DNA of 64,000 bases, from NCBI RefSeq assembly GCF_009914755.1, contig NC_060942.1; one strand, 5' to 3'. Below are positions 37,101 through 51,999 of this stretch, piece after piece (position 1 is the first letter of the stretch; each line of letters opens with the position of its first letter). A program made the position numbers and the translations under genes. A model generated the notes under the pieces. The model had not been told where the DNA came from, did no database searches, and worked only from the letters and a program-made list of their open reading frames with translations. Source of the stretch: the human T2T-CHM13v2.0 reference genome, Homo sapiens.

Positions 37101-40100
37101 CGGGAATATCTTCACATAAAACCTAGACAGAAGCACTCTCAGAAACTACTTTGTGATATCTGCATTGATATCAGAGAGTTGAATATTCCCCTTCTAAGGG
37201 CAGGCTTGAAAGCGTCTTTTCGTGGAATCTGCAGGAGGATATTTGGATAGCTTTGAGGGTTACGTTGGAAACGGGATTACATGTACAAAGCAGACAGCAG
37301 CATTCTCAGAAGCTGCTTTATGATGTTTGCTTTCAAGTCACAGAGTTGAACGTTCCCTTTCATAGAGCAGGTTTCAAACCCTCTTTCTGCAGTATCTGGA
37401 AGTGGACATTTCGAGCGCTGTCAGGCCTATGGTGAACAAGGAAATATCTTCCCATGCAAACTAGACAGAAGCATTCGCAGAAACTTGTTTGTGATGTGTG
37501 TCCTCAACTCACAGAGTTGAACATTTCGTTTGACAGAGCAGTTTGGAGACACGATTTTTGTAGAATCTGCAAGTGGATATTTGGATGGCTTTGTGGATTT
37601 CGTTGGAAACGGGAGTATCTTCATAGAAAACCTAGACAGTAACATTCTCAGAAACGGCTTTGTGATATCCGCATTCACGTCACAGATTTGAACATTCCCT
37701 TTCATAGAGCAGGTTTGAAACACCCTTTCTGAAGTATCTGGATATGGGCACTTGGAGCTCTTGAACGTTTATGGTGAAAAAGGAAATATCGTCCCATAAA
37801 ACCTAGACAGAAGCATTCTCACAAACTGCTTTGTGACGTATGTCGTCAGCTAACAGAGTTGAGCATTTCTATTCACAGAGCAGTTTTGAAAGACTCTTTT
37901 GGAGTATCTGCTAGTGGATATGTGGAGAGCTTTAAGGATTTCACTGGAAACCGGAATATCTTCAGGTAAAATCTAGACAGAGGCATTCTCAGAAACTTCT
38001 TTGTAATGTGTGTCCTCAACTAACAGTGTACAACCTATCTTTTGATACAGCACGTTGGAAACACTCTTTTTATAGAATCTGCAAGTGGATATTTGGATAG
38101 CTCTAACGATTTCGTTGGAAACGGGAATACCTTCATATAAAATCTAGACAGTGGCACTCTCAGAAACTGCTTTGTGATATCTGCATTCAAGCCACAGAGT
38201 TGAACATTTCCCTTCCTAAAGCAGGTTTGAAACTCTTTCTGTCGTATCTGGAAGTGGACATTTGGAGCACTTTGACGCCTTTGGTGAAAAAGGACATGTC
38301 TTCCCATCAAAACTAGACAGAAGCATTCTAAGAAACATTTTTGGGATATATGTACTCAACTAACAGAGTTGAACCTTTCTCTTTATAGATCAGTTTTGGA
38401 AAGCTCTTTATGTGGAATCTGCAGATGGATATTCGGATAGCTCTGAGGATTTCGTTGGAGACGGGAATACATAAAGAAAGTAGACAGCAGCATTCTCGGG
38501 AGATTCTTTGTGATGTTTGCTTTGAAGTCACAGAGTTGAATATTCCCTTCAATAGAGCAGGTTTGAAACACTCTTTCCGTAGTATCTGGAAGTGGACATT
38601 TCGATCGATTTCAGGCCTATGTTGAAAAAGGAAATATCTTAACATAAAAACTAGACAGAAGCATTCTCAGAAACGTCTTTGTGATGTGTGTCCTCAACTA
38701 ACAGAGTTCAACCTTTCTTATGATACGGCAGTTGGGAAACACTCTTTTTATAGAATTTGCAAGTTGATACATGGATAGCCCTAACTATTTCGTTGGAAAC
38801 GGGAATATCTTCACATAAAACCTAGACAGAAGCACTCTCAGAAACTACTTTGTGATATCTGCATTGATATCAGAGAGTTGAATATTCCCCTTCTAAGGGC
38901 AGGCTTGAAAGCGTCTTTTCGTGGAATCTGCAGGAGGATATTTGGATAGCTTTGAGGGTTACGTTGGAAACGGGATTACATGTACAAAGCAGACAGCAGC
39001 ATTCTCAGAAGCTGCTTTATGATGTTTGTTTTCAAGTCACAGAGTTCAACGTTCCCTTTCATAGAGCAGGTTTCAAACCCTCTTTCTGCAGTATCTGGAA
39101 GTGGACATTTCGAGCGCTGTCAGGCCTATGGTGAACAAGGAAATATCTTCCCATGCAAACTAGACAGAAGCATTCGCAGAAACTTGTTTGTGATGTGTGT
39201 CCTCAACTCACAGAGTTGAACATTTCGTTTGACAGAGCAGTTTGGAAACACGATTTTGTAGAATCTGCAAGTAGATATTTGGATGGCTTTGTGGATTTCG
39301 TTGGAAACGGGAGTATCTTCATAGAAAACCTAGACAGTAACATTCTCAGAAACGGCTTTGTGATATCCGCATTCACGTCACAGAGTTGAACATTCCCTTT
39401 CATAGAGCAGGTTTGAAACACCCTTTCTGAAGTATCTGGATGTGGGCACTTGGAGCTCTTGGACGCTTATGGTGAAAAAGGAAATATCGTCCCATAAAAC
39501 CTAGACAGAAGCATTCTCACAAACTGCTTTGAGACGTATGTCGTCAGCTAACAGAGTTGAACATTTCTATTCACAGAGCAGTTTTGAAAGACTCTTTTGG
39601 AGTATCTGCTAGTGGATATGTGGAGAGCTTTAAGGATTTCACTGGAAACCGGAATATCTTCAGGTAAAATCTAGACAGAGGCATTCTCAGAAACTTCTTT
39701 GTAATGTGTGTCCTCAACTAACAGTGTACAACCTATCTTTTGATACAGCACGTTGGAAACACTCTTTTTATAGAATCTGCAAGTGGATATTTGGATAGCT
39801 CTAACGATTTCGTTGGAAACGGGAATACCTTCATATAAAATCTAGACAGTGGCACTCGCAGAAACTGCTTTGTGATATCTGCATTCAAGCCACAGAGTTG
39901 AACATTTCCCTTCCTAAAGCAGGTTTGAAACACTCTTTCTGTCGTATCTGGAAGTGGACATTTGGAGCACTTTGACGCCTTTGGTGAAAAAGGAAATGTC
40001 TTCCCATCAAAACTAGACAGAAGCATTCTAAGAAACATTTTTGGGATATATGTACTCAACTAACAGAGTTGAACGTTTCTCTTTATAGATCAGTTTTGGA

Positions 40101-43100
40101 AAGCTCTTTATGTGGAATCTGCAGATGGATATTCGGATAGCTCTGAGGATTTCGTGGGAGACGGGAATATATAAAGAAAGTAGACAGCAGCATTCTCAGG
40201 AGATTCTTTGTGATGTTTGCTTTGAAGTCACAGAGTTGAATATTCCCTTCAATAGAGCAGGTTTGAAACACTCTTTCCGTAGTATCTGGAATTGGACATT
40301 TCGATCGATTTCAGGCCTATGTTGAAAAAGGAAATATCTTAACATAAAAACTAGACAGAAGCATTCTCAGAAACGTCTTTGTGATGTGTGTCCTCAACTA
40401 ACAGAGTTCAACCTTTCTTATGATACAGCAGTTGGGAAACACTCTTTTTATAGAATTTGCAAGTTGATACATGGATAACCCTAACTATTTCGTTGGAAAC
40501 GGGAATATCTTCACATAAAACCTAGACAGAAGCACTCTCAGAAACTACTTTGTGATATCTGCATTGATATCAGAGAGTTGAATATTCCCCTTCTAAGGGC
40601 AGGCTTGAAAGCGTCTTTTCGTGGAATCTGCAGGAGGATATTTGGATAGCTTTGAGGGTTACGTTGGAAACGGGATTACATGTACAAAGCAGACAGCAGC
40701 ATTCTCAGAAGCTGCTTTATGATGTTTGCTTTCAAGTCACAGAGTTGAACGTTCCCTTTCATAGAGCAGGTTTCAAACCCTCTTTCTGCAGTATCTGGAA
40801 GTGGACATTTCGAGCGCTGTCAGGCCTATGGTGAACAAGGAAATATCTTCCCATGCAAACTAGACAGAAGCATTCGCAGAAACTTGTTTGTGATGTGTGT
40901 CCTCAACTCACAGAGTTGAACATTTCGTTTGACAGAGCAGTTTGGAGACACGATTTTTGTAGAATCTGCAAGTGGATATTTGGATGGCTTTGTGGATTTC
41001 GTTGGAAACGGGAGTATCTTCATAGAAAACCTAGACAGTAACATTCTCAGAAACGGCTTTGTGATATCCGCATTCACGTCACAGATTTGAACATTCCCTT
41101 TCATAGAGCAGGTTTGAAACACCCTTTCTGAAGTATCTGGATATGGGCACTTGGAGCTCTTGAACGTTTATGGTGAAAAAGGAAATATCGTCCCATAAAA
41201 CCTAGACAGAAGCATTCTCACAAACTGCTTTGTGACGTATGTCGTCAGCTAACAGAGTTGAGCATTTCTATTCACAGAGCAGTTTTGAAAGACTCTTTTG
41301 GAGTATCTGCTAGTGGATATGTGCAGAGCTTTAAGGATTTCACTGGAAACCGGAATATCTTCAGGTAAAATCTAGACAGAGGCATTCTCAGAAACTTCTT
41401 TGTAATGTGTGTCCTCAACTAACAGTGTACAACCTATCTTTTGATACAGCACGTTGGAAACACTCTTTTTATAGAATCTGCAAGTGGATATTTGGATAGC
41501 TCTAACGATTTCGTTGGAAACGGGAATACCTTCATATAAAATCTAGACAGTGGCACTCTCAGAAACTGCTTTGTGATATCTGCATTCAAGCCACAGAGTT
41601 GAACATTTCCCTTCCTAAAGCAGGTTTGAAACACTCTTTCTGTCGTATCTGGAAGTGGACATTTGGAGCACTTTGACGCCTTTGGTGAAAAAGGACATGT
41701 CTTCCCATCAAAACTAGACAGAAGCATTCTAAGAAACATTTTTGGGATATATGTACTCAACTAACAGAGTTGAACCTTTCTCTTTATAGATCAGTTTTGG
41801 AAAGCTCTTTATGTGGAATCTGCAGATGGATATTCGGATAGCTCTGAGGATTTCGTTGGAGACGGGAATACATAAAGAAAGTAGACAGCAGCATTCTCGG
41901 GAGATTCTTTGTGATGTTTGCTTTGAAGTCACAGAGTTGAATATTCCCTTCAATAGAGCAGGTTTGAAACACTCTTTCCGTAGTATCTGGAAGTGGACAT
42001 TTCGATCGATTTCAGGCCTATGTTGAAAAAGGAAATATCTTAACATAAAAACTAGACAGAAGCATTCTCAGAAACGTCTTTGTGATGTGTGTCCTCAACT
42101 AACAGAGTTCAACCTTTCTTATGATACGGCAGTTGGGAAACACTCTTTTTATAGAATTTGCAAGTTGATACATGGATAGCCCTAACTATTTCGTTGGAAA
42201 CGGGAATATCTTCACATAAAACCTAGACAGAAGCACTCTCAGAAACTACTTTGTGATATCTGCATTGATATCAGAGAGTTGAATATTCCCCTTCTAAGGG
42301 CAGGCTTGAAAGCGTCTTTTCGTGGAATCTGCAGGAGGATATTTGGATAGCTTTGAGGGTTACGTTGGAAACGGGATTACATGTACAAAGCAGACAGCAG
42401 CATTCTCAGAAGCTGCTTTATGATGTTTGTTTTCAAGTCACAGAGTTCAACGTTCCCTTTCATAGAGCAGGTTTCAAACCCTCTTTCTGCAGTATCTGGA
42501 AGTGGACATTTCGAGCGCTGTCAGGCCTATGGTGAACAAGGAAATATCTTCCCATGCAAACTAGACAGAAGCATTCGCAGAAACTTGTTTGTGATGTGTG
42601 TCCTCAACTCACAGAGTTGAACATTTCGTTTGACAGAGCAGTTTGGAAACACGATTTTGTAGAATCTGCAAGTAGATATTTGGATGGCTTTGTGGATTTC
42701 GTTGGAAACGGGAGTATCTTCATAGAAAACCTAGACAGTAACATTCTCAGAAACGGCTTTGTGATATCCGCATTCACGTCACAGAGTTGAACATTCCCTT
42801 TCATAGAGCAGGTTTGAAACACCCTTTCTGAAGTATCTGGATGTGGGCACTTGGAGCTCTTGGACGCTTATGGTGAAAAAGGAAATATCGTCCCATAAAA
42901 CCTAGACAGAAGCATTCTCACAAACTGCTTTGTGACGTATGTCGTCAGCTAACAGAGTTGAGAATTTCTATTCACAGAGCAGTTTTGAAAGACTCTTTTG
43001 GAGTATCTGCTAGTGGATATGTGGAGAGCTTTAAGGATTTCACTGGAAACCGGAATATCTTCAGGTAAAATCTAGACAGAGGCATTCTCAGAAACTTCTT

Positions 43101-45900
43101 TGTAATGTGTGTCCTCAACTAACAGTGTACAACCTATCTTTTGATACAGCACGTTGGAAACACTCTTTTTATAGAATCTGCAAGTGGATATTTGGATAGC
43201 TCTAACGATTTCGTTGGAAACGGGAATACCTTCATATAAAATCTAGACAGTGGCACTCGCAGAAACTGCTTTGTGATATCTGCATTCAAGCCACAGAGTT
43301 GAACATTTCCCTTCCTAAAGCAGGTTTGAAACACTCTTTCTGTCGTATCTGGAAGTGGACATTTGGAGCACTTTGACGCCTTTGGTGAAAAAGGAAATGT
43401 CTTCCCATCAAAACTAGACAGAAGCATTCTAAGAAACATTTTTGGGATATATGTACTCAACTAACAGAGTTGAACGTTTCTCTTTATAGATCAGTTTTGG
43501 AAAGCTCTTTATGTGGAATCTGCAGATGGATATTCGGATAGCTCTGAGGATTTCGTGGGAGACGGGAATATATAAAGAAAGTAGACAGCAGCATTCTCAG
43601 GAGATTCTTTGTGATGTTTGCTTTGAAGTCACAGAGTTGAATATTCCCTTCAATAGAGCAGGTTTGAAACACTCTTTCCGTAGTATCTGGAATTGGACAT
43701 TTCGATCGATTTCAGGCCTATGTTGAAAAAGGAAATATCTTAACATAAAAACTAGACAGAAGCATTCTCAGAAACGTCTTTGTGATGTGTGTCCTCAACT
43801 AACAGAGTTCAACCTTTCTTATGATACAGCAGTTGGGAAACACTCTTTTTATAGAATTTGCAAGTTGATACATGGATAACCCTAACTATTTCGTTGGAAA
43901 CGGGAATATCTTCACATAAAACCTAGACAGAAGCACTCTCAGAAACTACTTTGTGATATCTGCATTGATATCAGAGAGTTGAATATTCCCCTTCTAAGGG
44001 CAGGCTTGAAAGCGTCTTTTCGTGGAATCTGCAGGAGGATATTTGGATAGCTTTGAGGGTTACGTTGGAAACGGGATTACATGTACAAAGCAGACAGCAG
44101 CATTCTCAGAAGCTGCTTTATGATGTTTGCTTTCAAGTCACAGAGTTGAACGTTCCCTTTCATAGAGCAGGTTTCAAACCCTCTTTCTGCAGTATCTGGA
44201 AGTGGACATTTCGAGCGCTGTCAGGCCTATGGTGAACAAGGAAATATCTTCCCATGCAAACTAGACAGAAGCATTCGCAGAAACTTGTTTGTGATGTGTG
44301 TCCTCAACTCACAGAGTTGAACATTTCGTTTGACAGAGCAGTTTGGAGACACGATTTTTGTAGAATCTGCAAGTGGATATTTGGATGGCTTTGTGGATTT
44401 CGTTGGAAACGGGAGTATCTTCATAGAAAACCTAGACAGTAACATTCTCAGAAACGGCTTTGTGATATCCGCATTCACGTCACAGATTTGAACATTCCCT
44501 TTCATAGAGCAGGTTTGAAACACCCTTTCTGAAGTATCTGGATATGGGCACTTGGAGCTCTTGAACGTTTATGGTGAAAAAGGAAATATCGTCCCATAAA
44601 ACCTAGACAGAAGCATTCTCACAAACTGCTTTGTGACGTATGTCGTCAGCTAACAGAGTTGAGCATTTCTATTCACAGAGCAGTTTTGAAAGACTCTTTT
44701 GGAGTATCTGCTAGTGGATATGTGGAGAGCTTTAAGGATTTCACTGGAAACCGGAATATCTTCAGGTAAAATCTAGACAGAGGCATTCTCAGAAACTTCT
44801 TTGTAATGTGTGTCCTCAACTAACAGTGTACAACCTATCTTTTGATACAGCACGTTGGAAACACTCTTTTTATAGAATCTGCAAGTGGATATTTGGATAG
44901 CTCTAACGATTTCGTTGGAAACGGGAATACCTTCATATAAAATCTAGACAGTGGCACTCTCAGAAACTGCTTTGTGATATCTGCATTCAAGCCACAGAGT
45001 TGAACATTTCCCTTCCTAAAGCAGGTTTGAAACACTCTTTCTGTCGTATCTGGAAGTGGACATTTGGAGCACTTTGACGCCTTTGGTGAAAAAGGACATG
45101 TCTTCCCATCAAAACTAGACAGAAGCATTCTAAGAAACATTTTTGGGATATATGTACTCAACTAACAGAATTGAACCTTTCTCTTTATAGATCAGTTTTG
45201 GAAAGCTCTTTATGTGGAATCTGCAGATGGATATTCGGATAGCTCTGAGGATTTCGTTGGAGACGGGAATACATAAAGAAAGTAGACAGCAGCATTCTCG
45301 GGAGATTCTTTGTGATGTTTGCTTTGAAGTCACAGAGTTGAATATTCCCTTCAATAGAGCAGGTTTGAAACACTCTTTCCGTAGTATCTGGAAGTGGACA
45401 TTTCGATCGATTTCAGGCCTATGTTGAAAAAGGAAATATCTTAACATAAAAACTAGACAGAAGCATTCTCAGAAACGTCTTTGTGATGTGTGTCCTCAAC
45501 TAACAGAGTTCAACCTTTCTTATGATACGGCAGTTGGGAAACACTCTTTTTATAGAATTTGCAAGTTGATACATGGATAGCCCTAACTATTTCGTTGGAA
45601 ACGGGAATATCTTCACATAAAACCTAGACAGAAGCACTCTCAGAAACTACTTTGTGATATCTGCATTGATATCAGAGAGTTGAATATTCCCCTTCTAAGG
45701 GCAGGCTTGAAAGCGTCTTTTCGTGGAATCTGCAGGAGGATATTTGGATAGCTTTGAGGGTTACGTTGGAAACGGGATTACATGTACAAAGCAGACAGCA
45801 GCATTCTCAGAAGCTGCTTTATGATGTTTGTTTTCAAGTCACAGAGTTCAACGTTCCCTTTCATAGAGCAGATTTCAAACCCTCTTTCTGCAGTATCTGG
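36660..45900 (+). repeat. ~2.7 tandem copies of a 2-HOR (~3401-bp) block
   Basis: HOR23/25/27 share one SNV set. HOR24/26 share another set plus a 1-bp deletion; the second half of HOR22 also carries that SNV set. Confidence 0.9.
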
Positions 45901-48900
45901 AAGTGGACATTTCGAGCGCTGTCAGGCCTATGGTGAACAAGGAAATATCTTCCCATGCAAACTAGACAGAAGCATTCGCAGAAACTTGTTTGTGATGTGT
46001 GTCCTCAACTCACAGAGTTGAACATTTCGTTTGACAGAGCAGTTTGGAAACACGATTTTTGTAGAATCTGCAAGTGGATATTTGGATGGCTTTGTGGATT
46101 TCGTTGGAAACGGGAGTATCTTCATAGAAAACCTAGACAGTAACATTCTCAGAAACGGCTTTGTGATATCCGCATTCACGTCACAGATTTGAACATTCCC
46201 TTTCATAGAGCAGGTTTGAAACACCCTTTCTGAAGTATCTGGATGTGGGCACTTGGAGCTCTTGAACGCTTATGGTGAAAAAGGAAATATCGTCCCATAA
46301 AACCTAGACAGAAGCATTCTCACAAACTGCTTTGTGACGTATGTCGTCAGCTAACAGAGTTGAGCATTTCTATTCACAGAGCAGTTTTGAAAGACTCTTT
46401 TGGAGTATCTGCTAGTGGATATGTGGAGAGCTTTAAGGATTTCACTGGAAACCGGAATATCTTCAGGTAAAATCTAGACAGAGGCATTCTCAGAAACTTC
46501 TTTGTAATGTGTGTCCTCAACTAACAGTGTACAACCTATCTTTTGATACAGCACGTTGGAAACACTCTTTTTATAGAATCTGCAAGTGGATAGTTGGATA
46601 GCTCTAACGATTTCGTTGGAAACGGGAATACCTTCATATAAAATCTAGACAGTGGCACTCTCAGAAACTGCTTTGTGATATCTGCACTCAAGCCACAGAG
46701 TTGAACATTTCCCTTCCTAAAGCAGGTTTGAAACACTCTTTCTGTCGTATCTGGAAGTGGACATTTGGAGCACTTTGACGCCTTTGGTGAAAAAGGACAT
46801 GTCTTCCCATCAAAACTAGACAGAAGCATTCTAAGAAACATTTTTGGGATATATGTACTCAACTAACAGAGTTGAACCTTTCTCTTTATAGATCAGTTTT
46901 GGAAAGCTCTTTATGTGGAATCTGCAGATGGATATTCGGATAGCTCTGAGGATTTCGTTGGAGACGGGAATACATAAAGAAAGTAGACAGCAGCATTCTC
47001 GGGAGATTCTTTGTGATGTTTGCTTTGAAGTCACAGAGTTGAATATTCCCTTCAATAGAGCAGGTTTGAAACACTCTTTCCGTAGTATCTGGAAGTGGAC
47101 ATTTCGATCGATTTCAGGCCTATGTTGAAAAAGGAAATATCTTAACATAAAAACTAGACAGAAGCATTCTCAGAAACGTCTTTGTGATGTGTGTCCTCAA
47201 CTAACAGAGTTCAACCTTTCTTATGATACAGCAGTTGGGAAACACTCTTTTTATAGAATTTGCAAGTTGATACATGGATAGCCCTAACTATTTCGTTGGA
47301 AACGGGAATATCTTCACATAAAACCTAGACAGAAGCACTCTCAGAAACTACTTTGTGATATCTGCATTGATATCAGAGAGTTGAATATTCCCCTTCTAAG
47401 GGCAGGCTTGAAAGCGTCTTTTCGTGGAATCTGCAGGAGGATATTTGGATAGCTTTGAGGGTTACGTTGGAAACGGGATTACATGTACAAAGCAGACAGC
47501 AGCATTCTCAGAAGCTGCTTTATGATGTTTGCTTTCAAGTCACAGAGTTGAACGTTCCCTTTCATAGAGCAGGTTTCAAACCCTCTTTCTGCAGTATCTG
47601 GAAGTGGACATTTCGAGCGCTGTCAGGCCTATGGTGAACAAGGAAATATCTTCCCATGCAAACTAGACAGAAGCATTCGCAGAAACTTGTTTGTGATGTG
47701 TGTCCTCAACTCACAGAGTTGAACATTTCGTTTGACAGAGCAGTTTGGAAACACGATTTTTGTAGAATCTGCAAGTGGATATTTGGATGGCTTTGTGGAT
47801 TTCGTTGGAAACGGGAGTATCTTCATAGAAAACCTAGACAGTAACATTCTCAGAAACGGCTTTGTGATATCCGCATTCACGTCACAGAGTTGAACATTCC
47901 CTTTCATAGAGCAGGTTTGAAACACCCTTTCTGAAGTATCTGGATGTGGGCACTTGGAGCTCTTGGACGCTTATGGTGAAAAAGGAAATATCATCCCATA
48001 AAACCTAGACAGAAGCATTCTCACAAACTGCTTTGTGACGTATGTCGTCAGCTAACAGAGTTGAGCATTTCTATTCACAGAGCAGTTTTGAAAGACTCTT
48101 TTGGAGTATCTGCTAGTGGATATGTGGAGAGCTTTAAGGATTTCACTGGAAACCGGAATATCTTCAGTTAAAATCTAGACAGAGGCATTCTCAGAAACTT
48201 CTTTGTAATGTGTGTCCTCAACTAACAGTGTACAACCTATCTTTTGATACAGCACGTTGGAAACACTCTTTTTATAGAATCTGCAAGTGGATATTTGGAT
48301 AGCTCTAACGATTTCGTTGGAAACGGGAATCCCTTCATATAAAATCTAGACAGTGGCACTCGCAGAAACTGCTTTGTGATATCTGCATTCAAGCCACAGA
48401 GTTGAACATTTCCCTTCCTAAAGCAGGTTTGAAACACTCTTTCTGTCGTATCTGGAAGTGGACATTTGGAGCACTTTGACGCCTTTGGTGAAAAAGGAAA
48501 TGTCTTCCCATCAAAACTAGACAGAAGCATTCTAAGAAACATTTTTGGGATATATGTACTCAACTAACAGAGTTGAACCTTTCACTTTATAGATCAGTTT
48601 TGGAAAGCTCTTTATGTGGAATCTGCAGATGGATATTCGGATAGCTCTGAGGATTTCGTTGGAGACGGGAATACATAAAGAAAGTAGACAGCAGCATTCT
48701 CGGGAGATTCTTTGTGATGTTTGCTTTTCAGTCACAGAGTTGAATATTCCTTTCAATAGAGCAGGTTTGAAACACTCTTTCCGTAGTATCTGGAAGTGGA
48801 CATTTCGATCGATTTCAGGCCTATGTTGAAAAAGGAAATATCTTAACATAAAAACTAGACAGAAGCATTCTCAGAAACGTCTTTGTGATGTGTGTCCTCA

Positions 48901-51900
48901 ACTAACAGAGTTCAACCTTTCTTATGATACAGCAGTTGGGAAACACTCTTTTTATAGAATTTGCAAGTTGATACATGGATAGCCCTAACTATTTCGTTGG
49001 AAACGGGAATATCTTCACATAAAACCTAGACAGAAGCACTCTCAGAAACTACTTTGTGATATCTGCATTGATATCAGAGAGTTGAATATTCCCTTTCTAA
49101 GGGCAGGCTTGAAAGCGTCTTTTCCTGGAATCTGCAGGAGGATATTTGGATAGCTTTGAGGGTTACGTTGGAAACGGGATTACATGTACAAAGCAGACAG
49201 CAGCATTCTCAGAAGCTTCTTTATGATGTTTGCGTTCAAGTCACAGAGTTGAACGTTCCCTTTCATAGAGCAGGTTTCAAACCCTCTTTCTGCAGTATCT
49301 GGAAGTGGACATTTCGAGCGCTTTCAGGCCTATGGTGAACAAGGAAATATCTTCCCATGCAAACTAGACAGAAGCATTCGCAGAAACTTGTTTGTGATGT
49401 GTGTCCTCAACTCACAGAGTTGAACATTTCGTTTGACAGAGCAGTTTGGAAACACGATTTTTGTAGAATCTGCAAGTGGATATTTGGATGGCTTTGTGGA
49501 TTTCGTTGGAAACGGGAGTATCTTCATAGAAAACCTAGACAGTAACATTCTCAGAAACGGCTTTGTGATATCCGCATTCACGTCACAGAGTTGAACATTC
49601 CCTTTCATAGAGCAGGTTTGAAACACCCTTTCTGAAGTATCTGGATGTGGGCACTTGGAGCTCTTGGACGCTTATGGTGAAAAAGGAAATATCGTCCCAT
49701 AAAACCTAGACAGAAGCATTCTCACAAACTGCTTTGTGACGTATGTCGTCAGCTAACAGAGTTGAGAATTTCTATTCACAGAGCAGTTTTGAAAGACTCT
49801 TTTGGAGTATCTGCTAGTGGATATGTGGAGAGCTTTAAGGATTTCACTGGAAACCGGAATATCTTCAGGTAAAATCTAGACAGAGGCATTCTCAGAAACT
49901 TCTTTGTAATGTGTGTCCTCAACTAACAGTGTACAACCTATCTTTTGATACAGCACGTTGGAAACACTCTTTTTATAGAATCTGCAAGTGGATATTTGGA
50001 TAGCTCTAACGATTTCGTTGGAAACGGGAATACCTTCATATAAAATCTAGACAGTGGCACTCGCAGAAACTGCTTTGTGATATCTGCACTCAAGCCACAG
50101 AGTTGAACATTTCCCTTCCTAAAGCAGGTTTGAAACACTCTTTCTGTCGTATCTGGAAGTGGACATTTGGAGCACTTTGACGCCTTTGGTGAAAAAGGAC
50201 ATGTCTTCCCATCAAAACTAGACAGAAGCATTCTAAGAAACATTTTTGGGATATATGTACTCAACTAACAGAGTTGAACCTTTCTCTTTATAGATCAGTT
50301 TTGGAAAGCTCTTTATGTGGAATCTGCAGATGGATGTTCGGATAGCTCTGAGGATTTCGTTGGAGACGGGAATACATAAAGAAAGTAGACAGCAGCATTC
50401 TCGGGAGATTCTTTGTGATGTTTGCTTTTCAGTCACAGAGTTGAATATTCCTTTCAATAGAGCAGGTTTGAAACACTCTTTCCGTAGTATCTGGAAGTGG
50501 ACATTTCGATCGATTTCAGGCCTATGTTGAAAAAGGAAACATCTTAACATAAAAACTAGACAGAAGCATTCTCAGAAACGTCTTTGTGATGTGTGTCCTC
50601 AACTAACAGAGTTCAACCTTTCTTATGATACAGCAGTTGGGAAACACTCTTTTTATAGAATTTGCAAGTTGCTACATGGATAGCCCTAACTATTTCGTTG
50701 GAAACGGGAATATCTTCACATAAAACCTAGACAGAAGCACTCTCAGAAACTACTTTGTGATATCTGCATTGATATCAGAGAGTTGAATATTCCCTTTCTA
50801 AGGGCAGGCTTGAAAGCGTCTTTTCGTGGAATCTGCAGGAGGATATTTGGATAGCTTTGAGGGTTACGTTGGAAACGGGATTACATGTACAAAGCAGACA
50901 GCAGCATTCTCAGAAGCTTCTTTATGATGTTTGCGTTCAAGTCACAGAGTTGAACGTTCCCTTTCATAGAGCAGGTTTCAAACCCTCTTTCTGCAGTATC
51001 TGGAAGTGGACATTTCGAGCGCTTTCAGGCCTATGGTGAACAAGGAAATATCTTCCCATGCAAACTAGACAGAAGCATTCGCAGAAACTTGTTTGTGATG
51101 TGTGTCCTCAACTCACAGAGTTGAACATTTCGTTTGACAGAGCAGTTTGGAAACACGATTTTTGTAGAATCTGCAAGTGGATATTTGGATGGCTTTGTGG
51201 ATTTCGTTGGAAACGGGAGTATCTTCATAGAAAACCTAGACAGTAACATTCTCAGAAACGGCTTTGTGATATCCGCATTCACGTCACAGAGTTGAACATT
51301 CCCTTTCATAGAGCAGGTTTGAAACACCCTTTCTGAAGTATCTGGATGTGGGCACTTGGAGCTCTTGGACGCTTATGGTGAAAAAGGAAATATCGTCCCA
51401 TAAAACCTAGACAGAAGCATTCTCACAAACTGCTTTGTGACGTATGTCGTCAGCTAACAGAGTTGAGAATTTCTATTCACAGAGCAGTTTTGAAAGACTC
51501 TTTTGGAGTATCTGCTAGTGGATATGTGGAGAGCTTTAAGGATTTCACTGGAAACCGGAATATCTTCAGGTAAAATCTAGACAGAGGCATTCTCAGAAAC
51601 TTCTTTGTAATGTGTGACCTCAACTAACAGTGTACAACCTATTTTTGATACAGCACGTTGGAAACAGTTTTTTTATAGAATCTGCAAGTGGATATTTGGA
51701 TAGCTCTAACGATTTCGTTGGAAACGGGAATCCTTTCATATAAAATCTAGACAGTGGCACTCTCAGAAACTGCTTTGTGATATCTGCATTCAAGCCACAG
51801 AGTTGAACATTTCCCTTCCTAAAGCAGGTTTGAAACACTCTTTCTGTCGTATCTGGAAGTGGACATTTGGAGCACTTTGACGCCTTTGGTGAAAAAGGAA

Positions 51901-51999
51901 ATGTCTTCCCATCAAAACTAGACAGAAGCATTCTAAGAAACATTTTTGGGATATATGTACTGAACTAACAGAGTTGAACCTTTCTCTTTATAGATCAGT

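Noticed and set aside
39250-39262. T5>T4 deletion as a homopolymer sequencing error
   Set aside because: It recurs at ~42655 together with the linked GTAGATAT variant, so it is most likely real and duplicated.
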